The notes under the pieces: generated by a model
What the model saw: only the letters and a program-made list of their open reading frames with translations
What the model was told of the DNA's origin: nothing
Databases searched by the model: none
Translations under genes and position numbers: made by a program
Shown: positions 8,967-18,100 of the stretch, one piece after another
Layout of the letters: each line of letters opens with the position of its first letter
How positions within the stretch are numbered: position 1 is the stretch's first letter
From: an uncultured Bacteroidaceae bacterium
GTDB taxonomy: Bacteria > Bacteroidota > Bacteroidia > Bacteroidales > GCA-2748055
Assembly: GCA_964454295.1 (NCBI GenBank)
Contig: CAYVTV010000003.1
Span: 1 to 43,662 of the forward strand
Length of the DNA: 43,662 nucleotides
Reading direction: 5' to 3'

Positions 8967-10307
8967 ATGAGAATTTCAATTTTACTATTGTTTATGTTAT
9001 CTTTAATTCTGAACCTGCAGGCACAGAATTATGAAATTACGTTTACAGCATCAGGCGCAGGCGCTACGGTTGACGAAGTAGAAGTTGTTTACCTTTCAAA
9101 GGCCGACACTATAACGGTTAGCGGAACGGATGTGCTGAAACTGGTAGGAGAAGCTACAGGGATTCCTTCCTCCTTTTCAGGTGTTAATGGATTACAGGTT
9201 TATCCCAATCCGATGAAAGCAGAAAGCCGGATACAGTTCTACACTTCAACTTCGGGCGTTGTTAACCTGGAGGTATTTGACATTACAGGTAAACTGGTAG
9301 TCAGCAGTAAACAGGAATTACGTTCCGGTGATCAGACATTTGCCTTATCCGGGTTGCACTCAGGATTGTACACACTTCGTGCGAGCACTCCCGGTCAGGT
9401 TTATTCCACACGCGTTATCTCGGTTGAGAAAAATGCCGTTATGCCTGCATTGAGGCATGAAAAAAGTGACGCTGTAACAAGAACAGCAAGTACTTTAAAG
9501 AGCGGCAGTGAGGAAGTTGTTCCTGTGGAGCTTGAATATACTGACGGCGACTGGATATTATTAAAAGGTAAAAGCGGGGATCATCTGCGTGTAGTTACAA
9601 TTGCTCCTAACGCAAGTCAGGCAGTGAATTTTGATTTCGTGGCATGCACGGATTATGATGGTAATAATTATCCGGTAGTAAGCTTAGGAGATCAGACCTG
9701 GACAACAGAAAATCTGATTGCCACTAAATTTGATGATGGCACAGATATTATGAACATAGAAGCAGATGCATTATGGTTTATAGCTGAGATCCCCGGATAT
9801 TGTTGGGTTGAGAATGATGAGGAGAATTATGGATATTTCGGTATGCTGTACAACTGGGCAGTTGCCGGTGGAGAGAAGAATCCCTGTCCATCAGGCTGGC
9901 ATGTTCCCACCTATGATGAATGGATGGTACTTAGTAATTATCTGAGACTGAACGGGTACAACTGGTTTGAAAGCACAGATCCTTATGAAGCAGGGAAAGC
10001 TCTATCTCATATATATTCATGGAATGCATCAGCAGTTGCTGGTTCACCGGGACTGGATCCATTATTGAATAATAAGTCAGGTATGTCATTTTTATCAAAT
10101 GGCCGCCGTGAGGCAGCTGAGCATGTTGAAGGCTCGTTCAGACTTCGGGGGAGATATAGTTACTTTTGGACGGCTACTGAGTCCTCTACCAATTCTGATA
10201 ATGCATGGCATTATATGACGAGGAATGATATCAGGCGACATGAACAATGGGAGATAAGTAAGAAACGCGGAGCCGCCATTCGTTGTGTTAAGGACACTGA
10301 TTTATAA
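8967..10307 (+). CDS. Secreted protein with internal T9SS-CTD-like Ig domain and C-terminal Fibrobacter succinogenes major paralogous (FISUMP) domain, copy 1
   Basis: Signal peptide LQA-Q, then VYPNP..FDITGK..SGLY. FISUMP motifs are DYDGNNY, GDQTWxxENL, GMLYNW, CPSGWHVP, FWTAT and AIRCVKD. ATG 8967 aligns with the paralog start at 10496. Confidence 0.88.
   Translation: MRISILLLFMLSLILNLQAQNYEITFTASGAGATVDEVEVVYLSKADTITVSGTDVLKLVGEATGIPSSFSGVNGLQVYPNPMKAESRIQFYTSTSGVVNLEVFDITGKLVVSSKQELRSGDQTFALSGLHSGLYTLRASTPGQVYSTRVISVEKNAVMPALRHEKSDAVTRTASTLKSGSEEVVPVELEYTDGDWILLKGKSGDHLRVVTIAPNASQAVNFDFVACTDYDGNNYPVVSLGDQTWTTENLIATKFDDGTDIMNIEADALWFIAEIPGYCWVENDEENYGYFGMLYNWAVAGGEKNPCPSGWHVPTYDEWMVLSNYLRLNGYNWFESTDPYEAGKALSHIYSWNASAVAGSPGLDPLLNNKSGMSFLSNGRREAAEHVEGSFRLRGRYSYFWTATESSTNSDNAWHYMTRNDIRRHEQWEISKKRGAAIRCVKDTDL
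9309..9511 (+). repeat. 203-bp identical direct repeat (second copy 10838-11040) inside the FISUMP paralogs
   Basis: Base-by-base identity from AAACAGGAATTACG to AGCGGCAGTGA, at an offset of 1529 bp. Confidence 0.9.
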
Positions 10308-10347
10308 ATTATTTACACTGTTTTTTTTATTTTTTCTGCAATTTAAT

Positions 10348-10430
10348 TTTGATATTAATGAATAAATAATTTACATTTGTATATTGTATACGAAATTTTT
10401 AATCTCTATAATATAACGTGTACATTTAAT
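10348..10430 (+). promoter_or_regulatory. Bacteroidota sigma70-type promoter (TTTG-N20-TAcaTTTG) with TGTATAC operator-like boxes
   Basis: TTTG at 10348-10351 and TACATTTG at 10372-10379 match the -33/-7 consensus. TTGTATACG and CGTGTACA follow. Confidence 0.65.
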
Positions 10431-10495
10431 TTATTTTAAGTTCAAGAGGAAAGCCGAAGCCTCACCCAAGTAGGCAAAATTAAATTTCATTACTT

Positions 10496-11833
10496 ATGAG
10501 AACTTCAATTTTACTATTGTTCATGTTGTCTGTAATTCTGAACCTGCAGGCACAGAATTATGAAATTACGTTTACAGCTTCAGGCGCAGGCGCTACGGTT
10601 GACGAAGTAGAAGTTGTTTACCTCTCGAAGGCAGACACCATTACGGTTAGCGGAACGGACGTTCTGAAACTTGTAGGAGAGACTACAGGAATTCCTTCCT
10701 CACTTTCAGGTGATAATGGATTGCTGGTTTATCCCAATCCGATGAAAGCAGAAAGCCGGATACAGTTCTACACTTCCGCTGCGGGCGTTGTTAGCCTGGA
10801 GGTATTTGACATTACAGGTAAGCTGGTAGTCAGCAGCAAACAGGAATTACGTTCCGGTGATCAGACATTTGCCTTATCCGGGTTGCACTCAGGATTGTAC
10901 ACACTTCGTGCGAGCACTCCCGGTCAGGTTTATTCCACACGCGTTATCTCGGTTGAGAAAAATGCCGTTATGCCTGCATTGAGGCATGAAAAAAGTGACG
11001 CTGTAACAAGAACAGCAAGTACTTTAAAGAGCGGCAGTGAAGAGGTAGTTCCTGTAGAACTTGATTACACAGATGGAGACTGGATATTGTTAAAGGGAAA
11101 GAGTGGGGATCATCTGCGTGTGATAACTCTTATTCCGTCTGAAAGTCAGGTAGTAAATTTTGAATTTGTGGCATGTGCGGATTATGATGGGAATAATTAC
11201 CCGATAGTTACCTTGGGGACACAGACATGGATGACAGAGAACCTCCGTACCAGCAACTTTAATGATGGAACAGAGATAATGATGATTGAAGCTGATGCAC
11301 TTTGGCAAGTTGCGCAGATACCTGCTTATTGCTGGTATAAAAATGATGAAACAACCTATGGGCATTTTGGAAAATATTATAATTTTATTGCAGTTAGCGG
11401 AGAAAAAAATCCGTGTCCCACAGGCTGGCATGTTCCTTCCCTTGATGAATATCTTGTATTAAAGGCTTGGTTACAGGATAATGGATTTGGATGGCCTGAT
11501 AAAGTACCGGATAATAATAATGGATGGGCAGCAAAGGCTATGGCTCATATATATTCATGGGATCCACATACCAGAGTTCCGGCAGTAGGTAATGATATTC
11601 TGGCAAACAATGCCACGGGGTTATCAATTTTGGGACATGGAGCCCGTAAAGCTGATGCTACATGGACGAATAGCGGACAATGGGCATTCTTCTGGACAAC
11701 CACTGAAGAAGATGGAGTTCCTGAAAAAGCCTGGGATTTTCTCTTACGTTACGATTTTGGAAGTAACCAAAATTGGACAACAGAAAAAGGACGCGGGTTA
11801 GCTGTTCGTTGTATTAAGGACGCAGCAGAATAA
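10496..11833 (+). CDS. FISUMP-domain secreted protein, copy 2
   Basis: Its N-terminal half is near-identical to 8967-10307. FISUMP motifs are GTQTWMTENL, CPTGWHVP, FWTTT and AVRCIKD. Confidence 0.88.
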   Translation: MRTSILLLFMLSVILNLQAQNYEITFTASGAGATVDEVEVVYLSKADTITVSGTDVLKLVGETTGIPSSLSGDNGLLVYPNPMKAESRIQFYTSAAGVVSLEVFDITGKLVVSSKQELRSGDQTFALSGLHSGLYTLRASTPGQVYSTRVISVEKNAVMPALRHEKSDAVTRTASTLKSGSEEVVPVELDYTDGDWILLKGKSGDHLRVITLIPSESQVVNFEFVACADYDGNNYPIVTLGTQTWMTENLRTSNFNDGTEIMMIEADALWQVAQIPAYCWYKNDETTYGHFGKYYNFIAVSGEKNPCPTGWHVPSLDEYLVLKAWLQDNGFGWPDKVPDNNNGWAAKAMAHIYSWDPHTRVPAVGNDILANNATGLSILGHGARKADATWTNSGQWAFFWTTTEEDGVPEKAWDFLLRYDFGSNQNWTTEKGRGLAVRCIKDAAE

Positions 11834-11866
11834 AAAAAAGATTTTAAAAGAAAGTCAGTGAATTGA

Positions 11867-11919
11867 AATGCAACTGAACCGCGTAAATTCATTATTTCCG
11901 GTCAGTTGCATTCTTTTTT
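11867..11919 (+). terminator. Probable intrinsic terminator
   Basis: Stem AATGCAACTGA (11867-11877) pairs with TCAGTTGCATT (11902-11912) and is followed by CTTTTTT. Confidence 0.7.
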
Positions 11920-11978
11920 CTTTCATCTCGTATAAAAATTTTATAAGATAATATTACAGGAAAAGTTTATTGAATCTA

Positions 11979-14498
11979 ATGAAAACATCAGGATTATTTT
12001 TATTTGTATTTTCTTTCTTTTGTATAGCGTTTACAAAGGTTTATGCAGAGCGGGAGCGTTTTGTGGAAGAAGACGGCAAGGTAATAATTGAAGCGGAAAA
12101 TTATCACCGGCACTCACGTATGGGAGTCTTCCGTCATTGGTATACGCTTCCCGATCCGAATAAAACCCCTTCTCCAAATCCTGATCCTTTTCATGAGGGT
12201 TCTTCCGGAGGAATGTATCTGAAAGCTCTACCCTATACGCGTGTTACACCAGATGATACTCTCCTGGAGAATCTGAATTTTTTTGAAACAGGGGAAGAAG
12301 CACCGCGGCTGGAATATGATGTTTTAATTCAGAACCCGGGGAGATATTATATATGGGTAAGAGCGTATCCTACGGGTACTGAAAATGCCTCTATTCATGC
12401 AGGGTATGATAATATATGGCCGGAGACCGGCAGGGCGGTTCAATGTTGTGGCAGTGATGGCTGGATATGGTCGAGCAACAGGAGACTGGATGCAGATCCT
12501 TGCGGATTTCGTAACGGCGCTTACCTGGATTTGCCTTCCGGCCCTGTAACAATAATCTTTAGCATGAGGGAAGACGGATTTGAATTTGATAAATTCATCC
12601 TGGTGAACGATCAGGATTATACTCCGTCAGGTACCGGTCCTGCAGAAAGTTCAAGGATCAACCTGTGCCAGGATGGATTGGATAATGATGGCAACGGAAT
12701 GGTTGACTGTGATGATCCCGGTTGCCAGATATATAATAATTGCCGCTTGCCCCTGAAAGGAAGGATCGCAATATCCTCCGATGGCAATGGTGATGATCCT
12801 GATGATATCGGGGCCTCTGCAGCCATGTTCGCAATTCTCAGCTCACAGAATATGCAGCATATGCTGGTGCATCAGGATTACGGGAATGATATAAAAGGCA
12901 TCTATGAGCCTGTCTGGGAAGAAATGCAAAGGACCATATCGGAGGGAATAGAATTGTTTTCTTTGAATCCGGATGTATTTTTCAATGTCCAGACCGATTT
13001 TGAAGCCGCTGTTGACAACCTTAGAAAAGAGATAAACAAATCGTCAATATCTGATCCATTAACCATTATACATGCAGGCATATTATCAGTTATAAGCGAA
13101 GCATTTAACCGGTCGGAACCGGACAGCAGAAAATATGTAACAGTGATCAGTCATTCATGGTGGAATGATTATAGCCACTCCACAACTTACAATGATTATA
13201 ACTACACTGACCTGGTGGGGCCGGTAAAAGATGATATTACTGCCATGGGAGTTCCGTGGATTCAGATCATGGATCAGAATACATACCTCCATACGAAAAG
13301 AGACGGGACACCCTGGTATTTCCTGCGTGATGCTGATGATCCGAAATTAAACTGGGTTTATGAGAGGATCATTATTGCCAGGGATATAAAATATAATAAA
13401 CATGATATTTCAGATGCAGGGATGTTGTATTATGCCATAACCGGAGATGAAGAGGTTACACCCCTAAAATTACAGGAGATGCTTCTGCCTCCGGCTTTGC
13501 CTCCTGCAGAAAGAGGCGTGAAAGCCTGCTGGGCATTTAATCAGTCAGAAGGAAATATTACAGAGGACTTTTCAGGGAATGGCAATGACCTTAACCTGAT
13601 TAACATACCAGCATTTTCCGAAGGAAAATATGGACAAGGATTGTTTTTACAGGAAAACAGTCAATCGTATGCATGCATTGAGAATGAATTATTAAGTGAT
13701 AATTTCCCCGCGGCATCTTCAGAGGTTCTTGGTGATGAATTAACACTTACGGCCTGGATAAAATTCAGCAGCATGGATAATGATGACCGCTGCCCCATTA
13801 TTAATAAAGAATCGGAAGGCAACAGAGGCTTCACAATGGATGTCCGAACCCCGGGATATCTGCATTTCCAGATAGCAAAAGATAATAATACGGTAACAAA
13901 GACCGGTGATTTTCCGGGAGAACGAACATTAATCCTGCCTGACAACTGGTACCATGTTGCTGCTACCTATCAATATATTACAGATGGGTATTCGTTGATA
14001 AAACTTTATATAGACGGAGAAACTGAGCTGACAGTAAGTACAGCCAGGGGACCTTTTCAGAATAATTCAAGCCCTCTGGAAATCGGGGCATATAAATATA
14101 ATGTCAACTACCAGCGATATTTCATGGGGCTGATAGATGAGGTTTATATTTTTAATAAAGTACTTTCAAAAGCCGAAATCATTGAACTGATGAATTCCGA
14201 ATCCTATTTTCTGCATACACATTGGCCTGCTGAAAGCCATGGTATATTAAAGGTTTATCCTAATCCGGCAAAGCTTTATATAAATGTTGATTATGAAGTT
14301 ACAGAAACCGGATGGATTCAATTAAATATTTATAATATCCTCGGTCAGGTAGTGAGTTCGTTAATGAGTCATCATATTTCTATTGGCAGGTATACTGAAA
14401 ATATAGTTGTTAACGGGTTACCTGATGGATTATATCTGGTAAGGTTACAGGCAGGGGAAAGAATTGAAACAAGAAGGATATTAATCAGAGAGATTTAA
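11979..14498 (+). CDS. Multidomain T9SS-secreted protein: CBM-like beta-sandwich, Cys/Asp-rich motif, nucleoside-hydrolase-like domain, LamG domain, CTD
   Basis: Signal peptide VYA-E and a IEAENY..GRYYIWVR..MREDGFEFDK sandwich. Then CQDGLDNDGNGMVDCDDPGC and RIAISSDGNGDDPDDIGA. LamG motifs are WYHVAAT..LYIDG..IDEVYIFNKVLS. The CTD has VYPNP..GLYLV. Confidence 0.75.
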   Translation: MKTSGLFLFVFSFFCIAFTKVYAERERFVEEDGKVIIEAENYHRHSRMGVFRHWYTLPDPNKTPSPNPDPFHEGSSGGMYLKALPYTRVTPDDTLLENLNFFETGEEAPRLEYDVLIQNPGRYYIWVRAYPTGTENASIHAGYDNIWPETGRAVQCCGSDGWIWSSNRRLDADPCGFRNGAYLDLPSGPVTIIFSMREDGFEFDKFILVNDQDYTPSGTGPAESSRINLCQDGLDNDGNGMVDCDDPGCQIYNNCRLPLKGRIAISSDGNGDDPDDIGASAAMFAILSSQNMQHMLVHQDYGNDIKGIYEPVWEEMQRTISEGIELFSLNPDVFFNVQTDFEAAVDNLRKEINKSSISDPLTIIHAGILSVISEAFNRSEPDSRKYVTVISHSWWNDYSHSTTYNDYNYTDLVGPVKDDITAMGVPWIQIMDQNTYLHTKRDGTPWYFLRDADDPKLNWVYERIIIARDIKYNKHDISDAGMLYYAITGDEEVTPLKLQEMLLPPALPPAERGVKACWAFNQSEGNITEDFSGNGNDLNLINIPAFSEGKYGQGLFLQENSQSYACIENELLSDNFPAASSEVLGDELTLTAWIKFSSMDNDDRCPIINKESEGNRGFTMDVRTPGYLHFQIAKDNNTVTKTGDFPGERTLILPDNWYHVAATYQYITDGYSLIKLYIDGETELTVSTARGPFQNNSSPLEIGAYKYNVNYQRYFMGLIDEVYIFNKVLSKAEIIELMNSESYFLHTHWPAESHGILKVYPNPAKLYINVDYEVTETGWIQLNIYNILGQVVSSLMSHHISIGRYTENIVVNGLPDGLYLVRLQAGERIETRRILIREI

Positions 14499-14499
14499 T

Positions 14500-14655
14500 A
14501 TGTACAGGTATGCTGCTCCGGGAATGGATGTTGTTTGTATTACTATCATTGGTTTGGGAGAAAGGGGTAAAGGGGCTGTAAACCTTTCATTGCAAGGCGG
14601 ATATACAACAGGAGTAAGAAATGTGAATACCAGTTCAGAAGAGCAATTGGAATAA
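14500..14655 (+). pseudogene. GH109/Gfo-Idh-MocA N-terminal remnant (51 aa)
   Basis: MYRYAAPGMDVVCITIIGLGERGKGAVN resembles the GH109 start M.GYAAP.LD.VRIGIIGLG.RG.GAV (Rossmann GxGxxG). Similarity is then lost and the frame stops. Confidence 0.7.
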
Positions 14656-14769
14656 AATTAGAACTTGTCTGATCTAATGAAAAAAATGAATAAGTTTTTA
14701 CAGTTGATGATTATAATATACGTTAAATGGAGCAAATATTATAAAATAAGCAAAAAAGAAAACAAGATT

Positions 14770-14800
14770 GTCATTACTTTTTTATTCATGTGTGTCATAT
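14770..14800 (+). promoter_or_regulatory. Putative ECF-sigma promoter motif GTCATTA-N14-TGTGTCATAT (copy 2)
   Basis: Matches 1670-1700 and sits upstream of the fecR stub and susC, where such promoters are expected. Confidence 0.65.
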
Positions 14801-14904
14801 AAACAAAACAACTATTCCGGAAAGATTCAATTATCTCATGAATTGTCCTATGAGCAGAGTTTTCCGGGATGAATTAATGGGAATATTTACATGAATAACA
14901 GTTA

Positions 14905-15126
14905 ATGATTGATAGAGAGACTATTCTTAAAAAAATACATAATAAGCTTTCTGAAGAAGAAAATATTGTATTTGATAACTGGTTGAAAGCAAGCCCTGAT
15001 CATTTGGCATTCTACAATAGTGCTATGGAATATTATAGCAATGGGTCCGGTTATCATAATATACCGGTGGATGTGGTTAAGGGATGGGAGAAAGTTAATA
15101 GTAAGATTAATAATTCGAAATGCTGA
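14905..15126 (+). CDS. FecR-like anti-sigma N-terminal domain only (73 aa; truncated or miniaturised)
   Basis: LSEEENIVFDNWLKASPDHLAFY..VDVVKGWEKV matches the cytoplasmic helical domain of Bacteroidota FecR. It stops where the TM helix would begin and lies directly before susC. Confidence 0.75.
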   Translation: MIDRETILKKIHNKLSEEENIVFDNWLKASPDHLAFYNSAMEYYSNGSGYHNIPVDVVKGWEKVNSKINNSKC

Positions 15127-15199
15127 ATAATAATAATTTCATATAAACAGAACAAAAATTTGAAAACCTAAAGAATAATAACTTAACTCAGTAATATTT

Positions 15200-18100
15200 A
15201 TGAAAAAAAGTCGAAAAAATTCTGCTTTTAATCCTGACAGGTGGAAAAACAAAATTCTGATTTTGAATGCCATTATTATATTACTTTTTTCCGGTATCAT
15301 TCAAATATCAGCAGGCTTCGAGGGTTCTTCAGATCTGCACTTAGATTATCAAAAAGTAACTAATGAGGCATATAATCAGTTAGCTGTTACTGAAGCAGTA
15401 TCGGAGAAGGGAACAGCCACTTCCGGTAAGGAAATCTCGCAACCCCGAACGGAAATATCCGGAGTTGTTGAAGATGTTAAAGGGAATCCGGTAATCGGAG
15501 CTAATGTTTATCTAAAGGGGACAACCATTGGTACCATAACAGATGTAAACGGGAATTTCACCCTTTTAATCCCTGCCGATGCAGAAACACTGGTATTCTC
15601 ATATATTGGCATGATCACACAGGAGAAACCTGTAGGAACAACTACGCTTTTTAAAATTATAATGCAGGAAGCCGCCCTGGAGATGGATGAAGTTGTTGTT
15701 GTGGGATATGGAGAGCAAAAGAAGCAGAGCGTAGTCGGAGCTATTGCCACAGCATCCGGTGAGCAGATAAAAAGGATGAATGTTTCCGAGGTTTCCAATT
15801 CGCTTACAGGTTCCATACCGGGACTTATTACCATACAGCAGACATCCATTCCCGGAGGAGGTGACCTGAATACATTAATGGCCGGTTCGGCCGGAGATGT
15901 CGATCAGCAAACAAAAATTTATATTCGCGGCCAGTCAACCTGGAGCGGTGGTCAACCTCTGATACTTGTTGATGGTATTGAAAGAAGGATGGAAGAATTG
16001 GATGCTAATGAAATCAGCAATATTTCCGTTCTGAAGGATGCTTCTGCCACATCGGTTTTTGGAGTGCGAGGTGCAAATGGGGTAATACTTATAACCACTA
16101 AACGAGGATCAGTTGGAAAACCTGCACTTACATTCGATGCACAACATACCACATCCATGGTGTCAGAAATGGCCAGGCCTTTAAATTCGTATGATGTTCT
16201 TGATCTAAGAAATAAGGCTATAATTAATGTGCTTACGGCAAGTCCAACGTCATGGGAGTATTTTCTTCCACAAGAGGTGTTAAATTATTATAAAACCCAG
16301 GAATATCCTGAGATATTCCCGGATACTGACTGGCCGGGTGAGATGATGAAAAATGCCTCGACATCCTATAAATTTAATACGAATATCACCGGGGGAACTC
16401 AATTTGTAAAATATTTCGGTTCATTAGGATACCTTCATGAAGGAGGAATATTAAAAGGAGAAGATATCGGACAAGGCTATAAGCCTAATTATGATTATGA
16501 CCGGTTAAATTTCCGAAGCAACCTTGATTTTCAGTTTACTCAAACTACAAAAGTAACATTAAACCTTGCGGGTAATTATGGAATTGCGACAAATCCGGGT
16601 TATAGCGACAATCCCCGTAACAGGATGAGGGGACTTTATTCAATGCCTCCTGATCTTTTTCCGGTGAGGTATTCAGATGGATATTATGCCGGATATCAGG
16701 GGCTTAGTTTTGTCAATCCTTATGTTGCCATGAATCTTAAGGGTATTGACCGTGTCACCCAGGCTCAGGTGTTTGCAGATGTTTCAATGGAACAAAAACT
16801 GGATGCAATTACTAAAGGATTGTCAGTTAAAGCCACTGCCTCCTACGATTATACTCTTACTGAGCGGGGACGGAGAATTGGAGGCACATCGATGGCTACA
16901 AAATGGATTGATCCAAATATTATCTATGCCGCTCCGGAAGATTCGGCAGCATTTATCTACTGGGATATTCCAAGCAGTACACATGGATATGATTTCTATC
17001 CCAACCCAACAACTTATTATGCAGGATCTTACAATGGACTTAGCCGGAGATTGTTTTACCAGTTTTCTCTTAATTATTTACGCACTTTCGGAAAGCATTC
17101 AGTGAGCGCCCTGGCCCTTATGAACAGAAGGGAATCAGCTGGCGGATCATCATTTGTTAGTAAAAGGGAGGACTGGGTAGGCCGTATTACGTATGATTAT
17201 GATTCCCGTTATTTTATGGAAGTAAACGCAGGGTATAACGGTTCGGAAAAGTTTGACCGTAAATACCGCTTTGGCTTCTTCCCCTCAATAGGGGGAGGGT
17301 GGATGGTTTCAAATGAAACATTCTTTAAAGAAGCATTCCCCTGGTGGAGTACCTTTAAACTTCGCTATTCTCATGGTATTGTAGGTAGTGATGACGGAAT
17401 AGAAAGATGGCTGTATATTGGGAGTTGGAGAACGACAAATGCACAATACATACTTGGCCAGCCACCAACCCAAACAGGATACCGGGTTTCTTTTGAAGGG
17501 GATGTTCCTAATCCTGATATTCATTGGGAGACCGCTGTTAAAAAAGATATCGGTATTGAAACCGGGTTTTTTAAAAATGCAGTGAAAGTATCCTTTGATT
17601 ATTTTACGGATGACAGAAGAGATATGCTTATTGCGGCTACTGACAGGACGACCCCCATTACTATTGGGGCACCCTTACCTCCGGGAAATCTGGGGAAGAC
17701 CGAAACCCACGGATATGAACTGGACATGGAGTTTAGAAAATACTTTAATATTGGTATTGGGTTTTCTTCAAGATTCTCAATTGGATATGTTAAAGACAAG
17801 GTACTTTATCGGGATGACCCTGATTTGAAACCCGATTATCAGAAGCAGGCAGGGTATCCTATTGATCAAACCAGGGAATACCTTGATTACGGAATTATTC
17901 AAAACTGGGATGAAGTTTATTATACAACTTTATATGCGATTAATTCGGGTATGCTGCCAGGAGAAATGAGAATTATTGATTTTAATTGTGACGGTGTTAT
18001 CAATGAACAGGATCAGGCTCCCTATGGTTATCCGAACAGGCCGCAATATAACTACTCATACAATTTTTCGGTAAGCTACAAAGGATTTACACTTTATGCA

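Noticed and set aside
8967-11833. Diversity-generating retroelement acting on the FISUMP heads
   Set aside because: No reverse transcriptase or template repeat is in the window. The identical block is in the N-terminal half, and the 3' differences include indels and are not adenine-specific.
1670-14800. Invertible promoter or shufflon sites
   Set aside because: The two motif copies are direct rather than inverted, they are imperfect, and no recombinase gene is present.
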